Source of the DNA: Gnetum montanum
Lineage: Eukaryota; Plantae; Gnetophyta
Length of the DNA: 64,000 nucleotides
NCBI GenBank assembly: GCA_015680685.1
Contig: MNCI01000270.1
Location: 691,854-755,853, forward strand
Reading direction: 5' to 3'
Shown here: positions 1 through 13,158 of the stretch, piece by piece
Layout: each line of letters opens with the position of its first letter
How positions within the stretch are numbered: position 1 is the first letter of the stretch
Made by a program: the position numbers and the translations under genes
Notes under the pieces: model-generated
Told to the model about the DNA's origin: nothing
Seen by the model: the letters and a program-made list of their open reading frames with translations, nothing else
The model's database searches: none

Positions 1-1694
1 GGAAATTTTTGTATCTCCAAGGCTGATAGGCCTGCCGGACTCTCTAGCCTGCCCAACTGGACAATTGACTTGGTTGAAAATCTACCCAGAGACCATGTTA
101 GGAGTTGTCAAAAATGTTCGAGATGAGAAAAATAGTTTGACAAGTTTTCTAGTGAAGAAGTCTGCTACGCTATGCTACGTTGTGTAGCATAGCAAGCCTT
201 GAAAGATAACCACTCAAGCATTCAAATGTGAATTGACAAAATGATTATAAGACAAGTCAGGATTCAGGTGTTACACTATGCTACTCTATGTAGAGTAGTA
301 TAGTGTGGTAAAGGTAGAGTAGGAAGGCCCATATTGCTAAGTGATTCCAACAAGAAGATTGCACTTTAGCAAGACTTTGGCCTCTAAAATTGGTTGCCCC
401 ACTTAGACCACAGGCCTCAAGCAAAGATTCTTAGTAGAAAATGGTAAATTGAACAAGGAAGAATGATACACTAGCTACTACATTATGCTATACTACATAG
501 CATAGCACAACATAGTAATAATGCAAAAACAATAGAAGTGTTCCAAACATGAGTTTAGCATGTCCAAGGGCTTCTCGGCATGAAGGAAAAAAGTTGTAGT
601 TGTTTGCTTGACCAAACCTCAGAAAAATGCTCTTCAGCTCCTACGCAAATTTTTGTCAAGACCAGTAGCTACGCTGCATAGCAAATAGCTACTTACACTA
701 CACCAATGTTCTCAATAGCATGAGTAGTGCAACATTGGCACGAAAGTATCAAGACATCTTCGGGTAGCTCTAGAACTTGTTGGCAACAATCTTTCTCACT
801 CTGGCATCTCCTTGGAGAAATTAACAATTTTACTCCATTTTGCATACCCCTGATCAACTCCCAAAAAATTGTTCCTATGCTTGAACTTGCTTATAAGAGT
901 AAGAAAGACATAGTCCTAGAGCATAGGCTCCATTTTTCTTACATTATTAGTACACTGAATTTTGGCATATGCAGTTTCGATGATATGGTCACAGTGTAAC
1001 AAAGTTCACATCTAGCATCGCATACCTACATGGTACAGGCATGTTAGCACATTGTAGGGCCCAGGATACATGGCATCCAGACCACATTTCTCTCCTGCTC
1101 CTGGCCATATAAATACCTTGGCAAACAATGCTCGGGGGTTGGCTTTATGGGGTAGTTGGCTTTTGAGTTGGTTTTCAGAGAGCATAGTTGGCATTGTTGA
1201 GCATTCTAGTTACCTTTGAGTTCTCTGGTTGGCTCCAAATATCCCTTGATGAGTTGAGCATTTTGGCATTCTAGCGAACATAGTAGTAAGGAAAAGACCT
1301 ATGACTATATTGTCCGGTGTAAGCAGTGTCTCTCTAGTGTTGCATAACCTATTGTATACCTTTCAGCAAGGAAAAGGATCAAATCCATGACCTTTGGGGT
1401 AGCGCACTCTCTCACCCAAATCTATTTTTCTATTTTCTTACTGTCATCATTATTTTGCATTATTTTCACTACTTTACATTTGTTAATTTTTGATTTACTT
1501 TGTGTGTCTTACTTCCGAAACAAACGTTTATGAAAGGTTAAGATACACTGATTAAGTCCTTGTCTGATCAACTAGACATTTCAGGGTGCCCCAGTTTTTT
1601 TTCTCTCTAGCATGGCCCTCACAAGGATCCAGGGTTAAACTATTTACCTGGAAACCTCTCGGTGTTCCAGCCACCGACATTTTCGATCGCTACT
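1..1694 (+). repeat. LTR (5' end outside window), duplicate of 13159-14994
   Basis: Colinear with 13291-14994; TATAAATA at 1108-1115; ends ...atcgctact just before a PBS. Confidence 0.9.
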
Positions 1695-1699
1695 ATTTT

Positions 1700-1716
1700 T
1701 GGTACTAGAAGGAGGG
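1700..1716 (+). promoter_or_regulatory. Primer-binding site, complementary to the 3' end of tRNA-Asn(GTT)
   Basis: tggtactagaaggaggg approximates the reverse complement of CCCTCCTTCTAGCGCCA (recalled plant tRNA-Asn 3' end); 5 nt after the LTR. Confidence 0.8.
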
Positions 1717-1938
1717 CCTTTTTGATGCCCTTTCTATGTCCTATGGGTAGTCTTGCATGCTCCCTATACCCTATCATTCACTAGCATAAACGTGACACCC
1801 TTTTCTAGTTGTTTACACATCATGTGATGCAGACTAGTCATGATGACTCTTCCTTTGGAACCTTGTAGGATGAAAAGCCTCTGATCGCCTATTGATTTCT
1901 ATGTTCCTCATTTGTGACTTCCCCTTTTATCACGTAAA

Positions 1939-3217
1939 ATGATTCCAGCAACAACCATTATTTTCACCCTAAGCATTGAGGCTCCCTTCTTGGCTCAAAG
2001 CACCATAGGTGCTGAGCAGCCATCTAGCCCAGTGCTAGCACCACACTAGTCTCCTAGGATCTAACATCTGTTACTTGAGTTCTTATCATAAGATGCAGAG
2101 CGTTTCGACTTCCTCTATGAAAAGATCTAGGCAAATCTACCCTTGGATCACCAAGAATTTGAGGACAAATGCAACTTTGAGTTCCTACACCAGAATGCAA
2201 GAGAATTATCCCTACCCCTGACGTTACCATCCCCTTGACGGAAATGTATCGATGGATCTTTGAATAGTTAGTGTAAGTCAATAAGTCTAGGGAGTGAGAT
2301 ACAGTGTCTCATTACGATGAGGAATTCCAGGATGGACAAGAAGACTTGGACTCCCAATCCGAGGGTGGTGGCTAGACTTATCCTATGACCATCCCTCCCA
2401 CCATGGTCTTCAGGTCAAACTCTCTTTTTGTGTTATTACCATAACTCAGCTGCAATCTACATTTTCATCAGCCATGGATAGCCATTCTACACCCTCAACA
2501 TACCAACATGCTCCTCCCTTAGTTTCATTCCCAGGCACTCTCCCTCCTCATTCTATCTCATCCTAGTACCAAGTGTCGATCATAGCTATGTTGCCCTATG
2601 TGCACACCATGTCTACTTCATAGTTGCATGGAGTGTCCACTCCTATTCCATCATCTACACCTATTCCACCATCAGCAGCAGGCCCTACCCTAACCGCATG
2701 ATGGACCCTAGCCACTTTGATTCCTATTTTGCAACCCTCCCAGATGCCACATTACCCTTACCACCAAACATACCAAGTACCGCAAGTGTCACAACCAAGT
2801 ACCAGACTGTGGCCCATCCCATCACTCATGCAAATGACTAATCCTACAACACCACCCACTGGATGATAAACCTCACAGGTAAGACCCTTCATAGGGTTAG
2901 CCCTAACAACACCCCCTATGAACCAGGCTGCTATCCTTACTATGCCACTAACAATGGTTGCCCCTGCAACCCCACAACCATCTATGTTGTCTCCAAGTAT
3001 GGATCAAGCGTTCCAACTTATCCAAACCCTCACTAAAGCGATTAAATGTCTCAAAGCTACTGGTTCTAACACAGTGCTAGTCATGGATTTCTACTATGAT
3101 GACCTTATCAACCTGGTCATTCCTATGCTCACATTACCCCCTAGGATGCCACTCCCCCACTTCTCAAAATACAATGGGGAGGGTGATCCTAACGTGCATT
3201 TATTCACATTTAGATCT
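1939..3217 (+). pseudogene. gag: gag 5' part (degenerate), interrupted by a reverse LTR
   Basis: ORF 2918-3229 LPPRMPLPHFSKYNGEGDPNVHL is the retrotransposon gag capsid start; many stops. Confidence 0.85.
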
Positions 3218-4906
3218 TGTAGCGACTGAAAACGTCAATCGTTGGAAAACACCAAGAGGTCATTAGTCATTGACAATCTTAACCCCATTTCCACTAGAGG
3301 GATGTGCTAGATGGGATGGAAATGGGGCACCCTAAATGGTTTGGTTGATTAGACAGGGACTTAGTCAATGTTAATATAACCTTTTGTAACTAGAAAATTT
3401 GAAAATGAGACTGATAGCACGAAGTAATGCTTAAATGTAAAAGGGATGGAAAATAGTGTAAAATGCAATAATAAGTAGGAGACAATGTAAAATGTAGTTA
3501 GAAAAATGCACCGCTTCGAAGCTACAACTTCGCTCTGTCAATATGGATACAATTAGTTGCATAGTGTTGAGAAGTGTAAAGATCCCAAGAGTAACCAAGA
3601 CATGTAGAGCAAGATAGCTGTGTGCTTGAACATGAACTCAGGCATTAACAATGCGAAGTGCTACCAAGGTGGTAGAGAAGAGAAAAACAAAATTTCAACT
3701 GAGAGTGGTAATTGTTTACAATGTTAAATAGAAAGCTTACAATGCTCAAGGTTATAGTGCTAATTTTTTTCTTCTCAGCCAACAAAATTGTTAGCCGACC
3801 AGATTTTTCCAAAAAATCAGACCAAGGCTTTTTGAGCATTGCACATTGGGGTATTCATAGGACCAAGGGCATGCGAAAGATGTGGTTTGGATGCCATGTG
3901 CCCTAGGCTCATGCTGACCTATCTATGCTACACATGACTGCATGACTGTTGGGTGAGTCTGCCATGTCGTAATTACAAGCCTGCCACGTTGTAATTGCAT
4001 TGTCAGAGCAACGATGTGATTAGGTGGAGTGCATTGATGTAGTGTAACTACCTACCACTCTTTGCTATGCTTTGTAGTGTATCATGTTTGGTGTAGCATA
4101 GTATCATATCATGATGTGCTACACTACGCAGCATAGTGTAGCATAACTGCCGACTTGAAGCAAAAATTTGCGTTGTGTCCTACTACATGTGTTGGAAAAT
4201 TTTCAAGTGCCCCAACTGTTTATTACATATTTGATACGCTATGCTACACTACATGACGTATCATAGCATAGCAGATATCCTTAGTCACAAAAAATGTCTC
4301 CAAGCTGCAAACTTTGCCTTGTGCACTGCAAAGCTTGCGAACTTGCTGATCCTACACTTTGAGATGCCTTCTGTCACTTTCACATAATTTCTATACCTTG
4401 TTGTGCCATGTAGTTGAGCATAGCGTAGTAGCCAACATGGCTTGCTTCTTGCCAAGTTCACCACTTTCTGATGGAAGGAGACATTGCTGAAGGACTTGAA
4501 GGTAGGCGAGAGGACTAACTATCTAGTTTTTTTATACACTATGCTATGCTGCATGGCATACCATAGGGTAGCACTATGCTTCTACAAACATCTTTTAAAT
4601 TTTTCTATGCCACATAGCGTACCGTAGAAAAACTCCTTGACTTAGAAAACTTTCTAAAGTGTTTTGCACGTTCTGAGCACCACCAACAATTCCATGCACC
4701 ACTCCTAAGTGCACTATCGACTGGATGAACTACTTAGGTGGGAAGGCTGGGGAATCTGTTTAGCCTGTTGACACCTAGGGTAGAAAACCTACCAAACTAG
4801 ATAGCATAAACATCAGAGCATCCATCTCCTGAAGAACTACCATAACACTAGGTGAATTCCAAAGACTTGGTGAAGCAAGCATGCCTTTGAATTTTGGGGT
4901 CTTTCA
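3218..4906 (-). repeat. 3' LTR of the duplicated copy of element B
   Basis: On +, starts tgtagcgact and ends ggggtctttca, followed by reverse PPT ttggcccctcttt; colinear with 16532-18224. Confidence 0.9.
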
Positions 4907-5109
4907 TTGGCCCCTCTTTATCAACGTTTGGAGGATGGGCTCGAGAGATGTTGACAAAGAATATGAAACACCACGGAAGACACGATGCTAACGTTGCTTC
5001 TCAGTGATCATCAAGACATCACTTGGCTACGCTTGAGAGTGTTGCATTGGTTTTTTATAGGGGAAAAGGGTGAAGCAGGGAGGAAGGAGGTTTAGGAAAA
5101 AGGGTAAAG

Positions 5110-5720
5110 ATGAGGCTTAGCAGAGTCCCTTTTCAGAGTGCTCATGAGGGAGTTGTTCACATTTTCATCTTTACTTTTTCTAACCTTCAACCTCTTATAG
5201 GATAGGTGTTTCTTTCCCAGGATGAGTTTTGTTACATTCGTTTGGGGTTTTGAATTGCCTACAGATGCTTCCCATGTGGTGAGCTGTGTTATGCACGTCA
5301 TGGAATTTGCACTCTGAAGTAGCCGAGCCAGTCGAGGCACTCGCTTCGCGAAGCTGTAGCATTTGCTGCTAGTTCAGCTATGTGATTAGCTACCAAATAG
5401 CTAAATGTTGTGTGAGCCCAGGCATCGTCAGGGAGCTGGAGGATAAGAATATTGTGGCTGGGCCACAATACTGTCGAAACTCCAGTAGTAGGCACTAACC
5501 AAGGAACCATCGTCAGGGCAGTGGGCCATGATGATGGTAGGTCTGGAGGGCTAGTACGATGTCATAAAATATCTCCAGAGGGTTAGCACAATGCCAAGGG
5601 TGGTAGCATCACATACATTCTAGATCGCATTCTCATTGCATCGTGAACTACGTTTTGGAGCTACAATGTCCCACACCCACAATAGCACTATGCATACTCG
5701 TTCGATGTGTACTTATCGTA
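5110..5720 (+). pseudogene. Antisense 3'-region ORF-X remnant (duplicate copy, ~190 bp deletion)
   Basis: Same sequence as 18428-19230; lacks ~18690-18879. Confidence 0.45.
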
Positions 5721-5749
5721 GATGCACACCAGGGACATGACGCAAACCC

Positions 5750-6130
5750 ATTTTAAGGTCCTAGTAGATTATGTGCTGGGTTAGGATCCCAATAGACCAT
5801 TGTGCCTATTTAAGGTCCCAGTAGACCGTACATGCTAGTTTAACATCATAGCGAACGTGTCGTGCCAGTTTATAGTCATAGAAAACTAGTTGTGCCAGTT
5901 TTACATTGTAGTGGATGGTCGCCGCCAGTTTAATGTCATGGTAGATGCTACTTTTTGTCACCAGTTTAATGTTGTAGCAGACACTACTTCTTGCTTCTAG
6001 TTTAACATCGTAGTAGATGCTGCTTGTTTCCGCCATTTTAACATTGTAGAGGATGCTCCTTGTTGCCACCAGTTTAGCATCATAGCGGATGCTTCTTGTT
6101 GCCACTAGTTTAACATCATAGCAGATGCTG
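5750..6130. repeat. Degenerate tandem array (~30-33 bp units, ccagtttaacatcatagcggatgc...) in the element 3' region
   Basis: Repeated tttaacatc/tttaatgt cores directly after the integrase stop; produces the repetitive YDVKL ORF. Confidence 0.9.
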
Positions 6131-6147
6131 CTTGTTGCATTCATGCT

Positions 6148-7723
6148 TTAGATGTAATACGACTTGAGGTACGAGTGATTCACCGAGTTAGCAAACATGT
6201 TACCCTCCATGTTCGCCAGCTTGAAGGCTTCATTCCCAAAGGCTTTAGTGACCATGTATGGACCTTCCAGTTGGCTGAGAATTTTCTCACATGCTCACAG
6301 ATAGCTTTGAGGATGAGGTCTCCCTTCTGTACTGGCCGTTGCTGCAAGTCTGCATGGTGCTTTTATTGTTGCTTGTTCTGGTAGCGCTCTATGTGGCTCA
6401 ACGTCTCCATGTGCTCCTCCTCTATTAAGTCGAGATCGATGATCCGTGACGCGTTGTTCTGGGCTTTGCTCATGACATTTAAGAGGATCATCCAGAGTGA
6501 TGGTACTTGCAACTCAAGAGGAAACATAGCTTTAGATTCATAAACAAGACTACAAGGGATATTATTCATCATGGTCTTGCATGTCATTCTATAGGCCCAT
6601 AGAATGTAGAGGATTTACTCGTGCCACCACCTCTTGCTACTACCAAGCATCCTCTTCAGCAAGTTGATGATGGACTTATTTGTAGCCTCCACCTGTCCAT
6701 TCACCTGCAAGTAATATAGGGAGGAGAATGATTTCCTGATGCCTAGATTGCTGTAGAAGGTTTAGGTTTCTATACTATTGAATTGTGGCCCATTTTCAAT
6801 TACAATAGTCATTAGAAGCCCAAACCTTGTTGTGATGTTGTCCAAGATGAAGTGGCAGATCTACTGAGATGTCGTCTTCCTCAAGAGGATAGCTTCCACC
6901 CACTTAGTAAAATACTCAGTGGTAGTGATAATGAAGCTATGTCTTGTGGAGGAATTAGGTGTGATAGGTTCTATGAGGTCTAGTCCCCATAATTGGAAAG
7001 GCCATGTGATTTGCATTAGGTGCAGCTCCATAGGTGAAAAGTGTATGAGATTTGTGTATCTCTGGCACATGTCCCATGTCTTGACTTTTGACAAGTAGTC
7101 ACGCTCCATATGGGGCTAGTAGTACCCTAGGCATATGATTTTTTCAGCCATATCCCTAGGTGCTATGTGTCCACCACATAGCCCCTCATGCACTTCATTA
7201 ACTACCTTCTGCGCCTACTCCCCACCCATGCATGCTAGCAATATCCTATCATAGGAGCATCTGCACAGGGTGTCATTTCCCATGAGTGTATATTGTTGGG
7301 CACGCTTATGGATTGCATCTCTCTGGGTAGATGTCAGTCTGCTTGGGGGTTTGCCATGTTGTAGGTAGCCTTTAATGTTAGTGTACCACTCTTGGGTATC
7401 TGTAGCACTAATAGATCCCACATGTCCTATTTGAGTGATAGGCTCAGTACATTCAACAATCGAAGTTGCAAAATTTACAAACAAGTGTGGTGGGATATTT
7501 AGTGCTAGGGTGGCTAAGGCATCTACTATGGTATTCTCATTACATGGCACGTGTTCCACATCTGTGGTTGCAAATTACTTAAGCAAGCTTTTTGTAGATC
7601 ATAGTAGGGTTGTAAGTGCATAGCTTTACAAGCATAGACCTCGGTGATTTGATTCACAACTAGTTGTGAATCACCGTGGATTGTCAAGTGTTGTATGCAT
7701 AGTGTTTTGGTAGCTAAGAGGCT
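6148..7723 (-). pseudogene. pol: aRH C-terminal half plus integrase (degenerate)
   Basis: HVPCNENTIVDALA (aRH), WPFQLWGLDLIEP, TEYFTKWVEA, LVYESKAMFPLE; stops and frameshifts. Confidence 0.92.
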
Positions 7724-7874
7724 ATTCTTGCTATGCTATTGCTTCGACATTCTTTGCTACTCTATGTATAGGAAGAGGGTTATGTTACACTATATGCTAA
7801 AATGCTAGATTTTGTTATGCTACGTGTGTGTTGCACTTGGATGTGATGTTAACGTCTATTGTTGTACTATGCAG

Positions 7875-9420
7875 GATAGCACTCAGGCCAATTCTAGTTG
7901 TCCTGGACATTGTAGGGGTCCTGTGCTGTGTGAACAAACCCATGGCCCATGTTCCCCCTCCTCATACTCATGTGGGAGATTGAGTGGTCTGGTTTACGCA
8001 AGGAGCATAGAAGTTCCTACAATTCCTCCTCCAACACTTCAGTGTGATCGTTTGGTCACACTTAGAGGAGGAGGTGGTGGCCATCATACTAGAAACCTTA
8101 TTGCTTGGGGCAACCTAGGGCATTCTGAGGTACCTTAGAGATGGGACACTTGGTAGCGGGCAAGGGGAGGGATCTGAACTATGCCCCCAAGGTTTGAGAC
8201 GTTTGGCTTGGATCTGGGAGATGCCCAAGTACAGCTGCTACCATCTTTACAATACATTTTTTATTGCACGTCATATGGGAACATGCTTTCAAAACCCACT
8301 AGGAACCATCTACTATGCCGGCGAGTGAGTTCTATAGTGCCATTTCTATTATACAATGCTATAGTCACTATGCTCGGTCAGATGTTGATGACGTGTTTTT
8401 GTTACCAGGTTTTTAATCAATGACGAGGACCTTCATGATGATACGGATGCCTTGACCATAGCAGAGATGGCCTTGCAGGAATTCTATTTTACTGAGAACA
8501 TCTGTGTAGGTGTTCTATGTCATTACGGGGGTGAGTACCCCACCTATCCAAGCCGATATCCCATCCTCTACAATATATGTAAGGAGTCTGATTAGTTGGA
8601 TGAGGGATCGGCACCTTTCAGACTTGTCCCCATGGAAGAAGTTTTGGTCACCCTTCCACAATTCCCATTGCCATGTAAACCTCGTAAGCTAAGCGGTAGG
8701 TGCGACACGTTGAGGTGTCTTTGCTATTTTTTATATGTAAACTGTTTCTATGCAAACTATTGCAGGGACAAAAAAGTCCCAGGAGGTGACGGTGGTAATC
8801 GTTGAGAAGTAGGAGGCGAACATCTACTTCAAATACAAAGAAGTAGCTATGAGCTAGCATTGGATATATAGCAAAGCTTCAGATTCCTTGGTCGGGAACC
8901 TCTGAAGTGCTGGGTTGCTATATTTGTTCCTGACTCTAAACCCAAACATTCCTGCCATTGAGATGCTCTCCCTGGTGGACTCCTTTTTTGATAAGGTGGA
9001 CTGCTTCCGCACACGCATTCATGCTATGTGGATGGTTATTAACATCAATGACCAACTTTTTGCAGACCTGTTCGGTGTCCCTATCGATGGAATCCTTATA
9101 GGGTTGAAGTTCAAGAAGGAGTTAACTCTTCAGAATGATGACATCATGGAGTGGATAGGGATCCCTAAAGAGCAAAGGGGGATCCCTATGGAGAAGGCCA
9201 AGGTAGCACTTGCTAGAGAAGTTTACCCTATCTTCCGTTCTCATGGCTTCACCCAGATACTTTCCCAAAGGAAGTTCCTTGGGGTTGAGTAGGCCTAGGT
9301 AATGCACGAGGTTATGGAAGAGAGGGCTTGCTAGAACTGGGCTAGGTTTCTATGTGTAGGCCTGTAGGCTAAAATCGTGGGGCTCCATAAGAGACAAGAG
9401 TCATGTTCCAACATTCATTA
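7875..9420 (+). pseudogene. Accessory gene copy A, exons 2-4 (FCP1-like HAD domain plus PMD-like), truncated
   Basis: Exons 7875-8324, 8409-8695 and 8766 onward with tgcag|/|gtgagt, ccag|/|gtaggt and tgcag| junctions in consistent phase; ILVVLDIVGVL...KFLQFLLQHFSVIVWS; INDQLFADLFGVPIDG. Confidence 0.75.
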
Positions 9421-10597
9421 TGCGAAGTGCTAGCAAGGTGGTAGAAAAGAAAAGAAAAGGATACCAACTAAAAGAGCTAAATTTTTACAATGTTAAAATA
9501 GTAAGCTTACATTGCTCAAGGTTACAGTGCTAACTTTTTTCTTGTTAGCCAACCAAATTATTAGTTGATCAGATTGCCATGAAAAGCTGAAAAAGTTGAA
9601 AAGTTAAGGCCACGAGAGAGAATAGCTAAGAAAGCTAAAAAATGTCTGAGCTAGAGTTTAAGCATCACTCATTGGGGTATTTATAGGACCAAGGGCACGC
9701 AAAAGATGTAGTTTGAAAGCCACGTGCCCTAGGCTTGCGTTGACTTGTCTGTGCTGCACGTACCTATGTGACCATTGGGAGAGCTTTCCATGCCATAATT
9801 ACAAGCCTGATGCATCGTAATTATGTTGTTAGAGCAACAGTGCAATTAGGTGAAGTGCATTGATGTTGCATAATTGCTTGCCACATTTTTCTATGCTTTG
9901 TAGTGTAGCATGTTTGGCATGGCGTAGCATCTTATTATGCTGTGCTACACTACACAGCATAGCGTAGCATAGTGTAGTACCAGTTTGAAGCAAGAAACTT
10001 GCATTGTGTCCTGCTACATGCATTGGAAACCCTTGAAGCACATTGACTGTTTGTCACATTTTTTCCATGGTATGCTATGCTACGTAGCGTATCACAGCGT
10101 AGCAACTGGTCTTAGTCGCAAAAAACATTGTCAATCTGCAAACTTTGCCTTTTGCACTACGAAACTTGCAAACTTGCTAATCTTGCCCTTCAAGTTGCCT
10201 TCTATCACTTTCGTAGAATTGCTACCCCTCGCTGCGCCATGTAGATTAGCATAGTGTAGCAACAAACATGACTTGATTTTGCCAAGTTTGCCACTTTTTC
10301 ACAGAAGGAGACATTGTCGAAGGACTTGAAGTCAGACGAGGGGATTGATCATTCAGCTTTTGCTACGCTATGCTACGCTGCGTAGCATAGCATAGTGTAG
10401 CACTATGCTTCTACAAACGTCTTCTGAAGTTTGCTATGCTACATGGTGTAGCGTAGCAAAACTCTTTGACTTAGAAAAATTGCTGACGCAGATAATCTGA
10501 ACATCAGAGCATCCATCTCCTGAAGAACTTCCATAATGCTACATGAATTGCAAAGACTTGGTGAAGCAAGCATGCCTTCAAATTCTGGGATGTTTCA
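9421..10597 (-). repeat. Truncated reverse LTR
   Basis: Homologous to 3650-4906 and to the LTR at 43694; ends ...ctgggatgtttca (TGAAAC on -). Confidence 0.88.
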
Positions 10598-11338
10598 TCC
10601 TCCTTAGGAAAACTACATCCTAATAGGTTTGCCACTTTATCTTAGAAAACATAGTAATAAGGTTTGGTATTCCGATGACTATTGTGACAGACAATGGGCC
10701 CCAGTTTAGTAGCACAAAAACCAAAACCTTTTGTAGAGAACTTGGCATCAAGCAATTATTTTTATTGCCATACTACCCACAAGAAAATGGTTAGGCAGAG
10801 GCCACAAACAAGGCCATCATCAACTTGCTTAAAAGGATGCTTAGCAATAGCAAGAGGCAATGGCATAGCAAATCGTGTACATGCTATGGGCCTACTATAA
10901 AATGTGCAAAATGGCTATAGGTAAGACTCCTTATAGTCTAGTTTACAAATCTTAAGAAGTGTTACCTCTTAAATTTTAGGTATCATCACTTTGGATGATC
11001 CTTTCAAGCATCGTGAATGAAGCTCATAACAACGAGTCAAGAATCATTAACCTTGGCTCTCTAGAGGAAGAGTGTGCACAAACACTGGGTTGCATCGAAT
11101 GGTATCAAAAAAATAGTGACAAAAGCATCATTTCAACCTACATCGACAGCGAATCAAAACAGGGGACCTAGTTCTCAAAGCTATCGATGAACATGCAAAC
11201 AAGTTTTCAGCAAACTAGGAAGGTCCATTCATAGTCACAAAAGCCTATGAGAATGGAGCCTTCAAATTGGTAGACATGGATGGCAGGGAGTTTGCAAATC
11301 TAGTGAACCACTTGTACCTTAAGCCATACTACATCTGA
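10598..11338 (+). pseudogene. pol: Integrase C-terminal half (core and GPY/F region)
   Basis: RFGIPMTIVTDNGP, N*EGPFIV, VNHLYLKPYYI* by manual translation. Confidence 0.88.
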
Positions 11339-11364
11339 TGCAAAAGTAAAATAAGCATCCATAG

Positions 11365-11770
11365 TTCGCTATGATTATAAACTGGCATAGATTTTCCGCT
11401 ATGACTATAAACTGGCATAGATTGTCTGCTATGACTATAAACTAGCACAGATACTTTGCTATGACTATAAACTGGCACAAACCATCTGCTATGATGTAAA
11501 ATTGACATAGAAGGTCCACTATGACCTTAAATTGGCCCATCCACCATCCGCTACGATGATAAACTAGCACAGTAGTCTGCTAGGACCTTAAACTAGCACA
11601 GCAGTTTGCTAGGACCTTAAATTTAACACACAGACCTTAAATTTAACACACAACGGTCTACTAGGTACTTAAACTAGGAAAAAGGTCTTCTAGGATATTA
11701 AATTAGCACATCATGATCTGCTGGTACTTTAACCAGTACATCTGATAGTCTACCAAGATCTTAAACTAGG
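11365..11770 (+). repeat. Tandem array ~30 bp (ctatgactataaactggcatagatt / gaccttaaactagcac)
   Basis: Directly visible repeated units after the integrase stop. Confidence 0.9.
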
Positions 11771-11799
11771 TTCGTGGTACAACGCTCTCAACCCACATC

Positions 11800-12954
11800 C
11801 ACAATCCCATAAACAAGCGAGCGTGCATAGTGCCAACATGGAGTGGGATGTTGTAGTTCTAGAATGCAGTTCACAATGATAAGAGAACATCCTCTAGAAC
11901 ATATGGAATGCCACTTCCCCTAGAATTTTATTGATCCTCCAAATATGTCTTCTGAAATCTTATTGACCTTCTGGAGCTATTGCTACCATAGCCCATCACC
12001 TTGGTAGTAGCTTCCATTGTCAGCACTTGCTGCTGGAGTCCCAACACTATTGTTGCCCAACCACAAAGTTGCTACCATCCAGCCCCCACCATCATCCAAG
12101 CTTAAAAGACATTCAACTATTAGGCCTCTTTGCTTACAACTGAAATGCATGATGTTTGCCTTGGTTAAGGACTCCTGAGCACTTGCATCATCACAACTCC
12201 TAGCCTCCTCAGTGCCAACCTCTTCAATCTGCTACTACCAGAACCGCTGCTGGCCTTCCTGCTTTAGACATTGCATGCCTCAGCAAAAATGTATGTCACT
12301 TCAATAGTATCTAAAACAAGTAGTCTTAACTACATTTCATGGTTACATTTCCATGGTTTTCTTTCTATTGCGCTTGTAGGATACGGGCCGAGATGGCCTC
12401 AGTTAATGATTTGTTTTGTAAGGAGGACAGGACACTCCATAATTTTGAGGTGATCGCTCTGAATAGCCTAGCTACTTGGGAGTGCACATCCTACCCTTCC
12501 TCTTAACCTTCATCACAGCATTTCTTACACCCATAGTTTCCCTTTTCACATCTCTTTTACAAGCTTTCTTGATGCATGTAAACCCTTCTCATATGCTTAA
12601 CTGCAAAGTCCATGATGCGTGTAACATAGCTCGCCACATGAGAAGCATCTATGGGGAGGTCAAAGCCCCCATGGATGTAACACAACTCATCTTGGGGAGG
12701 AGACACTTGTGCTAAAACAACAAGTTTTCTTGCAAGTGAACATGGCTAAACAGCAAAATAAAAGCACAAAAGTGTAAAACAGTAAAAAAAATCTTAAGAA
12801 AAGAGTGTGTGCCCAAAACAAATTGCACACCAGCTATTTCATAATGATCATCTCTAAGCGTTTCAATAAGAGGTAAGAAGCCAGCAAAAGAAAGATGGCC
12901 ATGCGCACTGACTCCCTCACAAGCACTGTGATGAGGGACCACATTATGTTTCAT
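11800..12954 (-). pseudogene. Antisense 3'-region ORF-X remnant
   Basis: KMKHNVVPHHSACEGVSAHGHLSFAGFLPLIE and QDELCYIHGGFDLPIDASHVASYVTRIMDFA align in frame with 18428-18630. Confidence 0.5.
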
Positions 12955-13145
12955 CTTTTCTTTTCCTAAGCTTGTCCCCTCGAATCCACCCTTTTCCTTC
13001 TTTTTCTTGCACAACTATCATGATACTCCCAAGCATAGCAAAGAAAAATCTGAGTGACCACTGGAGAGAAATGTTGATGTCTTGTCCTTCATTGTGTTTC
13101 ATATTCTTTGTCAATGTCTATCGGGTAGATCCTCCAAATGCCAAC

Positions 13146-13158
13146 AAAGAGGGACTAG
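13146..13158 (+). other. Polypurine tract
   Basis: aaagagggactag immediately before the LTR start TGAAAAACC. Confidence 0.75.

Larger units (their letters stand above)
1..9420. repeat. Diverged tandem segmental duplication copy of ~13291-22930
   Basis: Base 1 (ggaaatttttgtatctccaaggctga) recurs at 13291. Colinear through LTR, gag, reverse LTR, INT, aRH and accessory gene until ccaacattcatta (9420 vs 22930). Scattered, mostly transition substitutions and small indels. Confidence 0.95.

Noticed and set aside
5806-6144. Repetitive ORF (YDVKLVAT...), also 19315-19683
   Set aside because: By-product of a 30/33-bp tandem array that is open in several frames; no independent coding evidence.
1-9420. 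Duplication as a pure assembly or haplotype artefact
   Set aside because: The copies differ by frequent transitions and indels and are joined through a coherent INT-PPT-LTR junction; long reads would still be needed to fully exclude an artefact.
11365-11770. Regularly spaced repeats resembling a CRISPR array
   Set aside because: Degenerate head-to-tail units without unique spacers, in a retrotransposon 3' region, with no cas genes.
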